NCBI GenBank assembly: GCA_949299535.1
Contig: CASGAQ010000001.1
Location: 133,471 to 197,470 of the forward strand
From: an uncultured Eubacteriales bacterium
GTDB taxonomy: Bacteria; Bacillota; Clostridia; Oscillospirales; CAG-272
Reading direction: 5' to 3'
Length of the DNA: 64,000 nucleotides
Position numbers and translations under genes: made by a program. Below, piece after piece: positions 13,204-21,919 of the stretch. Below the pieces are notes generated by a model that saw nothing but the letters and a program-made list of their open reading frames with translations, ran no database searches and was not told where the DNA came from. Numbering within the stretch: the stretch's first letter is position 1; the number at the start of each line of letters is the position of its first letter.

Positions 13204-13311
13204 TTACATTCTGCGGTCCATGACATGACTTTCAGCACTATCTTTAACCGTGTACGCAGTTAGGACGATAGCGCTGATAATTATGCCTGTGAACGCATTG
13301 GTGTAAACCAT
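13204..13311 (-). CDS. Candidate ilv-leu leader peptide (35 aa: MVYTNAFTGIIISAIVLTAYTVKDSAESHVMDRRM)
   Basis: Hand-translated small ORF, too short for the ORF track. SD AGGAG lies 8 nt upstream of the ATG at 13311. The peptide contains III-SA-IVL. It sits between a putative promoter and the leader terminator. Confidence 0.4.
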   Translation of the reverse strand: MVYTNAFTGIIISAIVLTAYTVKDSAESHVMDRRM

Positions 13312-13361
13312 TGTCATTTCTCCTGTAAATTTTTCTTAATCGTTGAATTTGGTTATCATAT

Positions 13362-13390
13362 AATATATCAAACCGAAACTAAAAAGTCAA
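13362..13390 (-). promoter_or_regulatory. Putative sigma-A promoter of the ilv-leu operon
   Basis: Minus strand TTGACT, 17 nt, TATATT. Confidence 0.5.
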
Positions 13391-13527
13391 GTATTTTTGC
13401 ACATTTTTTTATAAAAACGGAAAATTTTTTTGAAATGATTTCATTTTTGCTCAATAAAGCGCGAATATATTGCAAAAAATATGCTTTTATGGTAATATAT
13501 TCGTAAAAAATTACGGAAGTGAATATC

Positions 13528-14370
13528 ATGATAAAATTAGATAACGGAATTATATCTCTTTCCGTCGAGGAACGCGGGGCTCAGATGAGGAGCCTTTGCG
13601 ATGTCGAGTCGGGCAGGGAGTATCTTTGGCAGGCTGACTCTGAGATTTGGGGAAGAACGGCGCCGGTGCTCTTTCCCGCGGTAGGGGCGGTGCATACCGA
13701 AGGATATATCTATAAGGATAAACGCTATCCCATGCCCAAACATGGATTTGCAAGGGATTTTGATTTTGAACCCGTGGAAAAGACTCCGCAAAGTCTTGTG
13801 CTTGCGCTTTATCCGAATGATAAGATAAAGCAGATGTATCCGTTCGATTTTGTTTTCCGCGCGAGATTCGCTCTTTCTGGCAGAACGCTGTCATTTTCGT
13901 ACGAGGCGGAAAACATCGGCACGGAAACGATGTATTTTTCTCTCGGAGCGCACCCGGGATTTGCCTGCGCTTTTTCGGACAGGATAGTGTTTGAAAAGAG
14001 AGAGCCTACGGCGGCGCTTTTCTGCGGCGCTGATGACAGACCGAATAAATCCGCCGCGCCGTTCGTCATGGACGAAAGCGGAGAAATAGTTCTGTCCGAG
14101 GATTTTTTCTCTGACGGCTCGCTCGCTTTTCCGAGCGTTGAGTCTGAGAGAGTCTGCCTTGTCCGCGACGGAAAAACGTATCTCAAAATGAATTTCGGCA
14201 AAGTACCTCATCTGTGGCTTTGGTCGAAAGCCGGGGCGGCGTTCGTCTGCATAGAGCCGTGGCACGGCGCGGACGAATGTGTGCCTGAGGAACGGCTTGA
14301 GATGAAAAAAGGAATAATATCTCTTCATGCCGGCGAAAAATTTGTTTTCCCCATAACGGTGGAAATTTGA
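13528..14370 (+). CDS. Aldose 1-epimerase family protein (LacX-like)
   Basis: WGRTAPVLFPAVG...KHGFARD pattern of the galactose mutarotase-like family. ATG at 13528 preferred over GTG at 13519. Confidence 0.75.
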   Translation: MIKLDNGIISLSVEERGAQMRSLCDVESGREYLWQADSEIWGRTAPVLFPAVGAVHTEGYIYKDKRYPMPKHGFARDFDFEPVEKTPQSLVLALYPNDKIKQMYPFDFVFRARFALSGRTLSFSYEAENIGTETMYFSLGAHPGFACAFSDRIVFEKREPTAALFCGADDRPNKSAAPFVMDESGEIVLSEDFFSDGSLAFPSVESERVCLVRDGKTYLKMNFGKVPHLWLWSKAGAAFVCIEPWHGADECVPEERLEMKKGIISLHAGEKFVFPITVEI

Positions 14371-14387
14371 AAGTATTCAAGCACGGC

Positions 14388-14424
14388 AAAAAAGGCATAT
14401 CGCCAAGATATGCCTTTTTGTTTT
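14388..14424. terminator. Bidirectional terminator between convergent genes
   Basis: ggcatatc (14394-14401) / gatatgcc (14407-14414), flanked by an A-run and tttttgtttt. Confidence 0.75.
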
Positions 14425-14431
14425 ATTGAAT

Positions 14432-14788
14432 TTAGTCGGCTTTTGTATATTTCGTGCCGCCGATTTTGATGTAATCTTCGCCTTTTTCAAAGCTGTGTGT
14501 TCCGTTGAAAGCCTGGAACAAGTCGCCGAGAGAGATATCGTCTTCGTTGGAATCGGCAAACTCAATGGTAATTTCATCTTCGTCGATGGAGTATGTTCCT
14601 TCAGCTTTGATTCCGCCCATGTCTATCGTTATTTTGCTGCCCTTGAAAGTGAGCTCGGTAGCGCCGAGTCCGAGCAATCCGTTGTTTTCGTATGTACCGG
14701 AAATTGTACTGCCGCAGGAAACGAGCGTAAAGCATGCAAAAGCGATAACGAGCGCCAATGCGACGATTCTGGTAATTTTCTTTGCCAT
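14432..14788 (-). CDS. Small lipoprotein, unknown function
   Basis: 118 aa with a signal peptide and lipobox (ACFTLVSC|GS). Confidence 0.6.
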   Translation of the reverse strand: MAKKITRIVALALVIAFACFTLVSCGSTISGTYENNGLLGLGATELTFKGSKITIDMGGIKAEGTYSIDEDEITIEFADSNEDDISLGDLFQAFNGTHSFEKGEDYIKIGGTKYTKAD

Positions 14789-15054
14789 AATAAAAATCCT
14801 CCTACAAAAAATAATATAGAACCCGATAAAATTGTATTTCGGTTATTACAATTATATACAAATTCGTCAATTTGTCAAGCATAAAGCATTATACAATTTA
14901 TTTGAAGTGTAGAATATTATTTTTAATTGAAATAAACTATTGTCATGTTTGAATTTTGGTGGTAAAATATTAAAGTAAAAAATAAAATCAAAATATAAAA
15001 TGGAAAAAAATGTATCATTTTATGTTTTTCTGTATTTTGTCGGAGAACAAGGCT

Positions 15055-16470
15055 ATGAAAAAAACAAAAATAATTTGCACAATGGGTCCTGCATGCGAGA
15101 ATGAAGAAACTCTCGAAAAAATGGTGAAAGCCGGCATGAATGTTGCCCGTTTGAACTTCTCCCACGGAGATCATGCCGAGCATAAGAGAAGAATCGATAT
15201 GATAAAGCGCGTGCGCGAAAAGCTCAATGCACCTATTGCCATAATGCTTGACACAAAAGGTCCGGAATACCGTATCGGCACTTTTGAAAAGGGCAAGGTC
15301 GTGCTTAACGACGGAGATGATTTCATGTTCACTGTCGAGGATTGCGCCGGTGATGAAACTCATGTTTCCGTTTCATATAAAAAGTTGCCGCACGAACTTT
15401 TCCCCGGAGATACCATACTTTTGAACAACGGATTGCTTGAGTTCAGAGTTGAGTCTACCACGGAAAAAGAGATATTCACAAAGGTCGTTATCGGCGGCGA
15501 ACTTTCGGACAGAAAGAGCATGAGTTTTCCCGGAAAGATACTTAAACAGAAGTACATGAGCGACAAAGACAAAGAAGACATTCTTTTCGGTATCGAAAAC
15601 GACGTTGATTTTATCGCCTGCTCCTTTGTTTCAGTCAAAGAGGATATACTTACCGTCCGCGAATTTCTCAAAGAGAACGGCGGCGATAATATCGACCTTA
15701 TCGCAAAGATAGAGAATCGTTCCGGCGTGGACAATATAGAGGATATAATCGACGTCAGCGGCGGTATCATGGTTGCTCGCGGAGATATGGGCGTTGAGAT
15801 ACCGTTCGAACAGCTTCCCGCAATACAGAAGCATATGATAACCGTCTGCCGCTACAAGGGCAAAAGAGTTATTACCGCGACGGAAATGCTTGAATCGATG
15901 ATAACAAAGCCGCGTCCTACTCGTGCGGAGATATCCGACGTTGCAAACGCAGTATATGACGGTACGAGCGCCGTTATGCTTTCGGGAGAAACGGCTGCGG
16001 GCAAGTATCCTGTCGAGGCTGTACGCGCTATGGCGAAGATAGCCGAGCAGGCGGAAATGGATATAGATTACGTTTACCGTTTCCACACCTCGGATTTCAA
16101 GATAGCAAATGAGATAGACGCTATCTCTCATGCTACCTGTGACCTTGCCATAGACCTTAACGCAAAACTCATAATCGTCTGCTCACGCAGCGGTAAGACT
16201 GCGCGCATGGTATCGCGTTTCCGCTCTCCCATACCGATAATCGGTCTTACAACTGATGTAAAAGCTTGGCGCAAGCTTGCGCTTTCTTGGGCTGTGCTTC
16301 CCGTTATGAGCGAGGAGTTCCAGTCTACGGACGTTCTTTTCTACCATGCTACGAGAGTTGCCAAAGAAACGGGCATGGCGGGGTCCGGAGATCTTATCGT
16401 TATCACCGGCGGACAGACGAACGGCTTGTCCGGCAATACTTCTCTTATCAAATACGAGATTCTCAAATAA
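15055..16470 (+). CDS. pyk: Pyruvate kinase
   Basis: MKKTKIICTMGPA start, plus MVARGDMGVEIP and other conserved PK motifs. The track ORF was trimmed by 15 codons. Confidence 0.95.
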   Translation: MKKTKIICTMGPACENEETLEKMVKAGMNVARLNFSHGDHAEHKRRIDMIKRVREKLNAPIAIMLDTKGPEYRIGTFEKGKVVLNDGDDFMFTVEDCAGDETHVSVSYKKLPHELFPGDTILLNNGLLEFRVESTTEKEIFTKVVIGGELSDRKSMSFPGKILKQKYMSDKDKEDILFGIENDVDFIACSFVSVKEDILTVREFLKENGGDNIDLIAKIENRSGVDNIEDIIDVSGGIMVARGDMGVEIPFEQLPAIQKHMITVCRYKGKRVITATEMLESMITKPRPTRAEISDVANAVYDGTSAVMLSGETAAGKYPVEAVRAMAKIAEQAEMDIDYVYRFHTSDFKIANEIDAISHATCDLAIDLNAKLIIVCSRSGKTARMVSRFRSPIPIIGLTTDVKAWRKLALSWAVLPVMSEEFQSTDVLFYHATRVAKETGMAGSGDLIVITGGQTNGLSGNTSLIKYEILK

Positions 16471-16495
16471 CTCACACCTTTCTTGAAAGAAAGGT

Positions 16496-16634
16496 GTGCC
16501 AAAGAACCTCAGTAAAAAAGCTGTATAGTAAAAAAGCTGTATAAAAAGCTGTATAGATATATTTTATCGATAGTTTCACATTTTCGGCACGGAGCAAAGG
16601 GGTGCCAAAGAACTTCAGTAAAAAATCTGTATAG
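16496..16634 (+). repeat. Local direct repeats downstream of pyk
   Basis: 33-nt units at 16496-16528 and 16602-16634 match at 31/33 positions. AAAAGCTGTATA occurs at 16516, 16532 and 16544, with a degenerate 4th copy at 16622. Confidence 0.8.
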
Positions 16635-16676
16635 GCTATATTATATAAGCTATATAGTATCATATGATCAGCCGAA

Positions 16677-16709
16677 AGAGCATATCATTAAGTAGATATG
16701 CTCTTTTTT
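16677..16709 (+). terminator. Intrinsic terminator
   Basis: agagcatatc (16677-16686) / gatatgctct (16695-16704) followed by a T-run. Confidence 0.7.
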
Positions 16710-16751
16710 AGTTGTAGTTAATTAAAAACTTAAATAAACATGTTCAAAATA

Positions 16752-16780
16752 TTGACATTTTTTGTTCATGGTTATATAAT
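16752..16780 (+). promoter_or_regulatory. Consensus sigma-A promoter upstream of the DUF975 gene
   Basis: TTGACA, 17 nt, TATAAT. Confidence 0.6.
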
Positions 16781-16830
16781 TAATTATATCGATAATATCG
16801 AAATAAATCACATTTGGAGGTATTTAAAAA

Positions 16831-17409
16831 ATGATTGACAGAATTGAAATTAAAAATCTTGCCAAGGAGTCGCTCAAAGGCAACTGGGGAATCGCCATAG
16901 GTTCATTTCTCTTATATTCGATTCTTTTTTCAGCGCTTTCCTCTACAGGTATAGGCGGATTTATCGTAGGCTTTTTAGTTGCCGGATATATTTCCGTTTA
17001 TATGAGTCTTATCAGAACGAAAACAGCTAAACTTGAGATGCTTTTCAGCGGTTGCAAAAATTTTGTCACCAACTTTTTGGCATATTTTCTTGTTCAGATT
17101 TTCACTGTTCTTTGGTCGCTTCTTTTTATCATTCCCGGCATAGTAAAATCTATATCCTATTCTCAGACGATGTACATACTCAACGACCACCCCGAAATGA
17201 GCGCAACGGAAGCTATTACCGAAAGCAGAAAAATGATGAATGGTCATAAAATGGAGTATTTCGTACTTATGCTCTCATTCTTTGGTTGGGCAATTCTTTC
17301 CATGCTTACTTTCGGTATCCTCCTTCTCTATGTGTCTCCTTATATGCAGGCTACATTCGCGGCTTACTACGAAAAACTTAAAGAACAGCCCGTTCTTGAA
17401 AACGTTTAA
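16831..17409 (+). CDS. DUF975 family membrane protein
   Basis: 192 aa. N-terminal KESLKGNWG motif and multi-TM profile typical of DUF975. Confidence 0.7.
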   Translation: MIDRIEIKNLAKESLKGNWGIAIGSFLLYSILFSALSSTGIGGFIVGFLVAGYISVYMSLIRTKTAKLEMLFSGCKNFVTNFLAYFLVQIFTVLWSLLFIIPGIVKSISYSQTMYILNDHPEMSATEAITESRKMMNGHKMEYFVLMLSFFGWAILSMLTFGILLLYVSPYMQATFAAYYEKLKEQPVLENV

Positions 17410-17479
17410 AAAATAAACAATAAAAAATGCACCTTTGCGGTGCATTTTCTGTTTATATATTGATTTTTATATGTTGAAA

Positions 17480-18166
17480 TTATTTTTTAAATGTTTTTAA
17501 GGTGTGGTTTATATCGTCGCAAAGTATGTCTATGTCATATTTCTTGACCGTCGGTATGCGTGCCGCTTCTTTGCCCGACGATGTGATGACGATGAACGCA
17601 GAGGTTATCTTCGAGCCGTCTGCCAGAGTTTTTTCTTCTGTTTCAACGGAAACGCCGTCTATATCGTCATAGATAAAGCGGTCGATATTTTCCGTAGTGC
17701 TGTCTTCTATAAGGGATATCTTTTTTTGAGCGGTGTAGATTCCCGCTTCGGTGAAAAGGAGCGCGGTAGCGCAGTAGAGTGAAGTGCGAACTTTGCGGTC
17801 GCCTTTCGCGCGGCGCACGAGCACGTTTTCGTCGAATACATAAGCGCCTGTCGTCACAGGTCTGAGTGTACGCAAAAGCATATTTTCTATACCTATTTTT
17901 TTTGCGGCTTCTTCCTCATATTTTGCGGTTGCCTGAGCCACAGCGAAGTCGAGATCGCTGCTGTTTGAGCGCATAGAGCGAGGAATGAAAGCTATGCACG
18001 CTCCTGCGGCGGCGATGATAAAAGATAGATAATATTGATACGGTATAAACCATAATCCAAGCATCGTGCAGGAAAAAAGTATCGCTCCAACAACAAGTAT
18101 GCATATCCCGATGTAGAAGTGTTTGTCGTTGCTTTGGAAGTATTTGAGATTTTTTTTGTAGTCCAT
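17480..18166 (-). CDS. Hypothetical membrane protein (two N-terminal TM helices plus a soluble C-terminal domain)
   Basis: 228-aa ORF with good coding look. No family recognised by eye. Confidence 0.5.
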   Translation of the reverse strand: MDYKKNLKYFQSNDKHFYIGICILVVGAILFSCTMLGLWFIPYQYYLSFIIAAAGACIAFIPRSMRSNSSDLDFAVAQATAKYEEEAAKKIGIENMLLRTLRPVTTGAYVFDENVLVRRAKGDRKVRTSLYCATALLFTEAGIYTAQKKISLIEDSTTENIDRFIYDDIDGVSVETEEKTLADGSKITSAFIVITSSGKEAARIPTVKKYDIDILCDDINHTLKTFKK

Positions 18167-18394
18167 AATGAAGTCCTTTCTTGTAAGAGTAGAGGTATGA
18201 TTTTGTTTTGATGTTTTGCCTTTGTTCGCTTAAATGATATCAAAAATCAATATAAAAGTCAATATATATCAACTAATAGTTTTTTAAAACATATAAAAGT
18301 GCTGCGCTGTATGACGCATTTCTTAACAAAAGCGCAGGTCGTGTCATATTATGTCAATGAATGACTTAAAATGAAGTTTTACGGGAGCGGAATT

Positions 18395-19195
18395 ATGACG
18401 CGATGGTTTTGTTCGCTTGCATATTATCAGCAGGCACTTTTGGCAACTTTGTTTACATGGGGCGTTACGGCTTTGGGCGCCTCTTTGGTTTGTTTTTTCA
18501 GGAGCATACGAAAAGGCGTAATGGATTCCATGCTCGGCTTTTCGGCGGGAATAATGACGGCGGCGTCGTTTTGGTCGCTGTTGCTTCCCGCGTCGGAGAT
18601 GGCGGAGGAACTTGGACTTCACTCGTGCGCCGTTCTGGTGAGTGGATTTCTCTCCGGAGGACTCCTGCTTTTTTTCGGAGATAAAGTATTCATGGCGGCG
18701 GAAAAGAGAACGCAGAACGCACGCGCTCTCGGAGCAAAAAAACGCTCTGTTATGCTTGTTTTTTCCATAACCCTGCACAATATTCCGGAGGGGCTTTGCA
18801 TCGGCGTGGCTTTTGGCTCTCTCGCATACGGCGCGCATAGCTCGAATCTAGCTTCGGCGTGCCTTCTTGCGCTTGGCATAGGACTTCAAAACTTTCCGGA
18901 GGGCGCGGCGGTAAGTCTTCCGCTTAGGCGCGAGGGTGCCTCAAGACGCCGCGCATTCTTTTGGGGACAGCTCAGCGGCGCCGTAGAACCCGCCGCAGGA
19001 GTCGCCGGAGCATTGCTTGTGACATATGTTAAGGCGCTTCTTCCTTTCTGCCTATCATTTGCCGCAGGCGCAATGATATATGTCGTGGCGGCGGAACTCG
19101 TTCCCGAAAGCTCATATGACGGAAAAAATGGAGCCTTTGCCTTTTTCAGTCTTGTCGGATTTGCGCTTATGATGTTTCTTGATATGATATTTTAG
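18395..19195 (+). CDS. ZIP family metal (zinc) transporter
   Basis: HNIPEGLCIG and QNFPEGAAV motifs of ZupT-like ZIP proteins. Start placed at the ATG preceded by gggag. Confidence 0.85.
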   Translation: MTRWFCSLAYYQQALLATLFTWGVTALGASLVCFFRSIRKGVMDSMLGFSAGIMTAASFWSLLLPASEMAEELGLHSCAVLVSGFLSGGLLLFFGDKVFMAAEKRTQNARALGAKKRSVMLVFSITLHNIPEGLCIGVAFGSLAYGAHSSNLASACLLALGIGLQNFPEGAAVSLPLRREGASRRRAFFWGQLSGAVEPAAGVAGALLVTYVKALLPFCLSFAAGAMIYVVAAELVPESSYDGKNGAFAFFSLVGFALMMFLDMIF

Positions 19196-19213
19196 CAAAT
19201 TCGGAAAAAACTA

Positions 19214-19242
19214 TTGACTTTTAAGGGCGAAAACCATATAAT
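19214..19242 (+). promoter_or_regulatory. Consensus sigma-A promoter of the ilvA leader
   Basis: TTGACT, 17 nt, TATAAT. Confidence 0.6.
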
Positions 19243-19249
19243 AAATCTT

Positions 19250-19551
19250 ATGATTCATACAATAATATTACATGAAATGCGATGACGGAAAAAATATCGC
19301 GCATATGCTTTGCAAAGAGAAACGGCGGCAGGTGAGAGCCGGAGAAGGCGGCGTGAGAAAGATCATTCCCGAGCAGGAGGCTGAAAACAGGACGTTTGAA
19401 AAATATCCCGTTAAGACGGGTGCGTCTGCCATTAGGTTCTCACGCTGTCCCGCGTTAAAAGGAACGCATATGTCGGTATGCGATAAAGTTTTATTGAGTG
19501 GTACAACGGAATTTATATCCGCCTCAACTATGAGGCGGATTTTTGTTTTTT
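19250..19551 (+). promoter_or_regulatory. T-box riboswitch leader, candidate Ile (AUC) specifier
   Basis: K-turn GCGATGA, AG bulge AGAGA, distal loop GGTGAGA, and candidate specifier ATC followed by A then TTCC-c-GA. T-box sequence GAGTGGTACAACGG (19494-19508). Terminator atccgcctca/tgaggcggat (19517-19540) followed by ttttgtttttt. Confidence 0.75.
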
Positions 19552-19561
19552 GGAGGTATAT

Positions 19562-20758
19562 ATGCTGACTATTGACAAGATCTACGATGCGGCGCGCGTG
19601 CTGGAAAACGTGGTGCGCCATACGCAGCTGATAGAGGCGCCGAGAATAGGCGCGGAATGCGGCTGCCGTGTTTATCTTAAACCGGAAAATCTTCAACTTA
19701 CAGGCTCTTTTAAGGTACGCGGCTCGGCATACAAGATTTCTCAGCTGACGGAGGAGGAAAAAGCTCACGGCGTTATCGCCTGCTCAGCAGGCAACCATGC
19801 TCAGGGCGTGGCGCTTGCGGCGACGAAGCAGGGTATCAAGTCCGTTATCTGTCTGCCTTCTTCCGCTCCCATATCAAAAGTTGAGGCTACAAAGCGCTAC
19901 GGCGCAGAGGTATGCCTTGTAGACGGCGTTTATGATGACGCTTATACAGAAGCTATCCGCCAGAGAGATGAAAAGGATTATACATTCATTCACCCGTTCG
20001 ACGACGATGACGTTATTGCAGGACAGGGAACGATAGGTCTTGAGATACTGAACGAACTGCCTGATACGGATATAGTTGTTGTTCCCGTCGGCGGCGGCGG
20101 TCTTATATCCGGCGTTGCTTTCGCCATCAAAACATTGAAGCCTTCCGTCAAGGTCTACGGCGTTCAGGCTGAGGGCGCGCCTTCGATGTTCAATGCGGTA
20201 AAATCCGGAAAAGCGGAAATGCTTCCTTCCGTTTCGACGTTCGCCGACGGCATAGCCGTAAAATGCCCCGGAGAAAATACGTTTGAATACTGTAAAAAAT
20301 ATGTCGACGAGATAGTTACTGTTTCAGAAGATGAGATATCCGCGGCAATACTCCATCTTATAGAAAACCAGAAACTTACAGCAGAGGGTGCGGGCGCGGT
20401 TTCCGTAGCGGCGGTAAAATTCGGAAAGATACCCGTAGAGGGAAAAAAGGTAGTGTGTCTTGTTTCCGGCGGAAACATAGATGTTACCATACTCTCTCGC
20501 GTGATAGACCGAGGTTTGCACAAGAGCGGCAGAGCCTGCTCCATCGTTATCGAGCTTATCGACAAGCCCGGTCAGCTTGAGGCTGTTTCTCACATCATCG
20601 CGTCATGCGGCGGCAATGTCGTATCCGTTCATCATGAGCACGGCGACGCTCAGGCGGTAAACGGCTGTTTCCTTCGCATAGGCATGGAAACAAGAAGCTT
20701 CGAGCATATCAAGGAGATACGTACAGCTCTTATCTCCAAAGGATTTAAGCTGGTCTGA
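19562..20758 (+). CDS. ilvA: Threonine ammonia-lyase (threonine dehydratase) with C-terminal ACT-like domain
   Basis: PLP motif SFKVRGS and GGGGLISG loop. Start placed at the ATG after GGAGG, because the track ORF begins at an upstream TTG. Confidence 0.9.
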   Translation: MLTIDKIYDAARVLENVVRHTQLIEAPRIGAECGCRVYLKPENLQLTGSFKVRGSAYKISQLTEEEKAHGVIACSAGNHAQGVALAATKQGIKSVICLPSSAPISKVEATKRYGAEVCLVDGVYDDAYTEAIRQRDEKDYTFIHPFDDDDVIAGQGTIGLEILNELPDTDIVVVPVGGGGLISGVAFAIKTLKPSVKVYGVQAEGAPSMFNAVKSGKAEMLPSVSTFADGIAVKCPGENTFEYCKKYVDEIVTVSEDEISAAILHLIENQKLTAEGAGAVSVAAVKFGKIPVEGKKVVCLVSGGNIDVTILSRVIDRGLHKSGRACSIVIELIDKPGQLEAVSHIIASCGGNVVSVHHEHGDAQAVNGCFLRIGMETRSFEHIKEIRTALISKGFKLV

Positions 20759-20831
20759 TGGTTTGGTAAAAATAAATCGAAAGACATACATAAAAATAAC
20801 ATAAAAATAATTTTATTTCGGAGGTTTTGTC

Positions 20832-21209
20832 ATGTCCAAAGTTATTTATACGAAAAATGCGCCCGACGCAATAGGTCCCTACTCACAGGCGGTAGTTACC
20901 GGAAATCTTCTTTTCACTTCCGGTCAGATAGCTATCAATCCCGCTACCGGAAACGTCGAGGCTGCTACTATTGAAGAACAGACGGAACAGGTCTGCAAAA
21001 ATATCGGAGCGCTTCTCGCGCAGGCGGGCGCGTCTTTTGGTAACGTAGTAAAAACGACCTGTTTCCTTGCCGATATGGGCGATTTTGCGGTGTTCAATGC
21101 AGTATACGGAAAATATTTCGTATCCAAGCCGGCTCGTTCCTGCGTTGCTGTTAAAACTCTGCCTAAAAACGTGCTTTGCGAAGTTGAAGTGATAGCCGAG
21201 CTCGGCTGA
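20832..21209 (+). CDS. ridA: RidA family reactive enamine/imine deaminase
   Basis: 125 aa YjgF/RidA pattern (APDAIGPYSQAV...GQIAINP...R.CVAV..LP). Confidence 0.9.
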   Translation: MSKVIYTKNAPDAIGPYSQAVVTGNLLFTSGQIAINPATGNVEAATIEEQTEQVCKNIGALLAQAGASFGNVVKTTCFLADMGDFAVFNAVYGKYFVSKPARSCVAVKTLPKNVLCEVEVIAELG

Positions 21210-21245
21210 GCTTGTGCGTAAACTAAAGCGGCTCGCCTTTAGTTT

Positions 21246-21346
21246 GCTGACAAAGGTAATGGGTGGGCAAAATGACGGAAAGTTTTCGTCCGCCTTTTTC
21301 AAAAGGCGGTGCGGTCGAGAGTCGTAACCCTCGTCGCCGCCCGCAG
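21246..21346 (+). repeat. ~100-nt interspersed repeat, copy 1
   Basis: About 94% identical to 22898-22997 (5 substitutions plus 1 indel by hand alignment). Contains the internal hairpin ccgcctttt/aaaaggcgg. Confidence 0.85.
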
Positions 21347-21472
21347 TCGGCGAAATTCCTTTTCGGCGATTTCTTTTTGCCAGGCTTTTTCTTTGCACCT
21401 GCATGGTCAAAGAAAAAGCGAGTGTCGGATTTGTACAATGGCCGAGGAGTCAGGATTTTTTAAAAATTGCTC

Positions 21473-21501
21473 TTGACAAATGATACATGCCGTGATAAAA
21501 T
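21473..21501 (+). promoter_or_regulatory. Consensus sigma-A promoter of the T-box leader
   Basis: TTGACA, 17 nt, TAAAAT. Confidence 0.6.
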
Positions 21502-21507
21502 GAACAC

Positions 21508-21798
21508 ATAAAAATATATGAAACCTGCGAGGAAGAAGAGTAGCGGGCATGAAACGGCAAAGAGAGCCGCAGTTGGTGAGAAGCGGCGCGCGTAGTGTTT
21601 GTGAATGGGCTTCCGAGGGCGGACCGAAAGTTTTTCAAGTAGGCTCCGACGGGGTGCGTTGCCGTTATCACTTCGCCGCGTATGATGGTACGCGAAAGAG
21701 TGCGGAAGCTTTTCTTCCGAAATCATGTGGGTGGTACCGCGGAAATCGTTTATTTCGTCCCGATGTCTTTACAGACATTCGGGGCGTTTTTTGTTTTT
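21508..21798 (+). promoter_or_regulatory. T-box riboswitch leader, candidate Trp (UGG) specifier
   Basis: GCGAGGAAG-AAGAGTAG (K-turn/S-turn side), AG bulge AGAGAG, distal loop GTTGGTGAGA, and GAA-TGG-G-CTTCC-GA (21603-21616) pairing back to GGAAG (21531-21535). T-box sequence GGGTGGTACCGCGG (21729-21742). Terminator at about 21747-21786 followed by ttttttgttttt. Confidence 0.8.
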
Positions 21799-21919
21799 AT
21801 ACGAAATTTATACGAAAGGAATTTAGATCATGTTTATTCTTTCTTTGCGATGGCGCGATAAGTGTATTTCAACATTTAAACGCTGTTAAAAAATCAAACA
21901 CAGAAAGGAACCTTTTACA

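Noticed and set aside
13068-13400. T-box riboswitch in the ilvB leader (expected by analogy with Bacillus) and in the aro leader (24838-25105)
   Set aside because: Neither leader contains the AGAGA / GGUGNGA stem I elements or a GGTGGTACCGCG-like T-box core, whereas both are obvious in the ilvA and ABC-importer leaders. The ilvB and aro leaders contain small ORFs instead.
16496-16634. Direct repeats downstream of pyk as a degenerate CRISPR array
   Set aside because: There are only two 33-nt units with an unrelated-length spacer, plus short 12-nt tandem motifs. There is no regular repeat-spacer periodicity and no cas genes.
21263-21463. ORFs 21263..21463 and 22911..23291 (MTESFRPPFSKGGAVES...) as a duplicated small protein gene
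   Set aside because: They are translations of the ~100-nt repeat. There is no usable SD, similarity stops at the repeat boundary, and the second ORF runs out of frame into the permease gene. They are treated as non-coding repeats.
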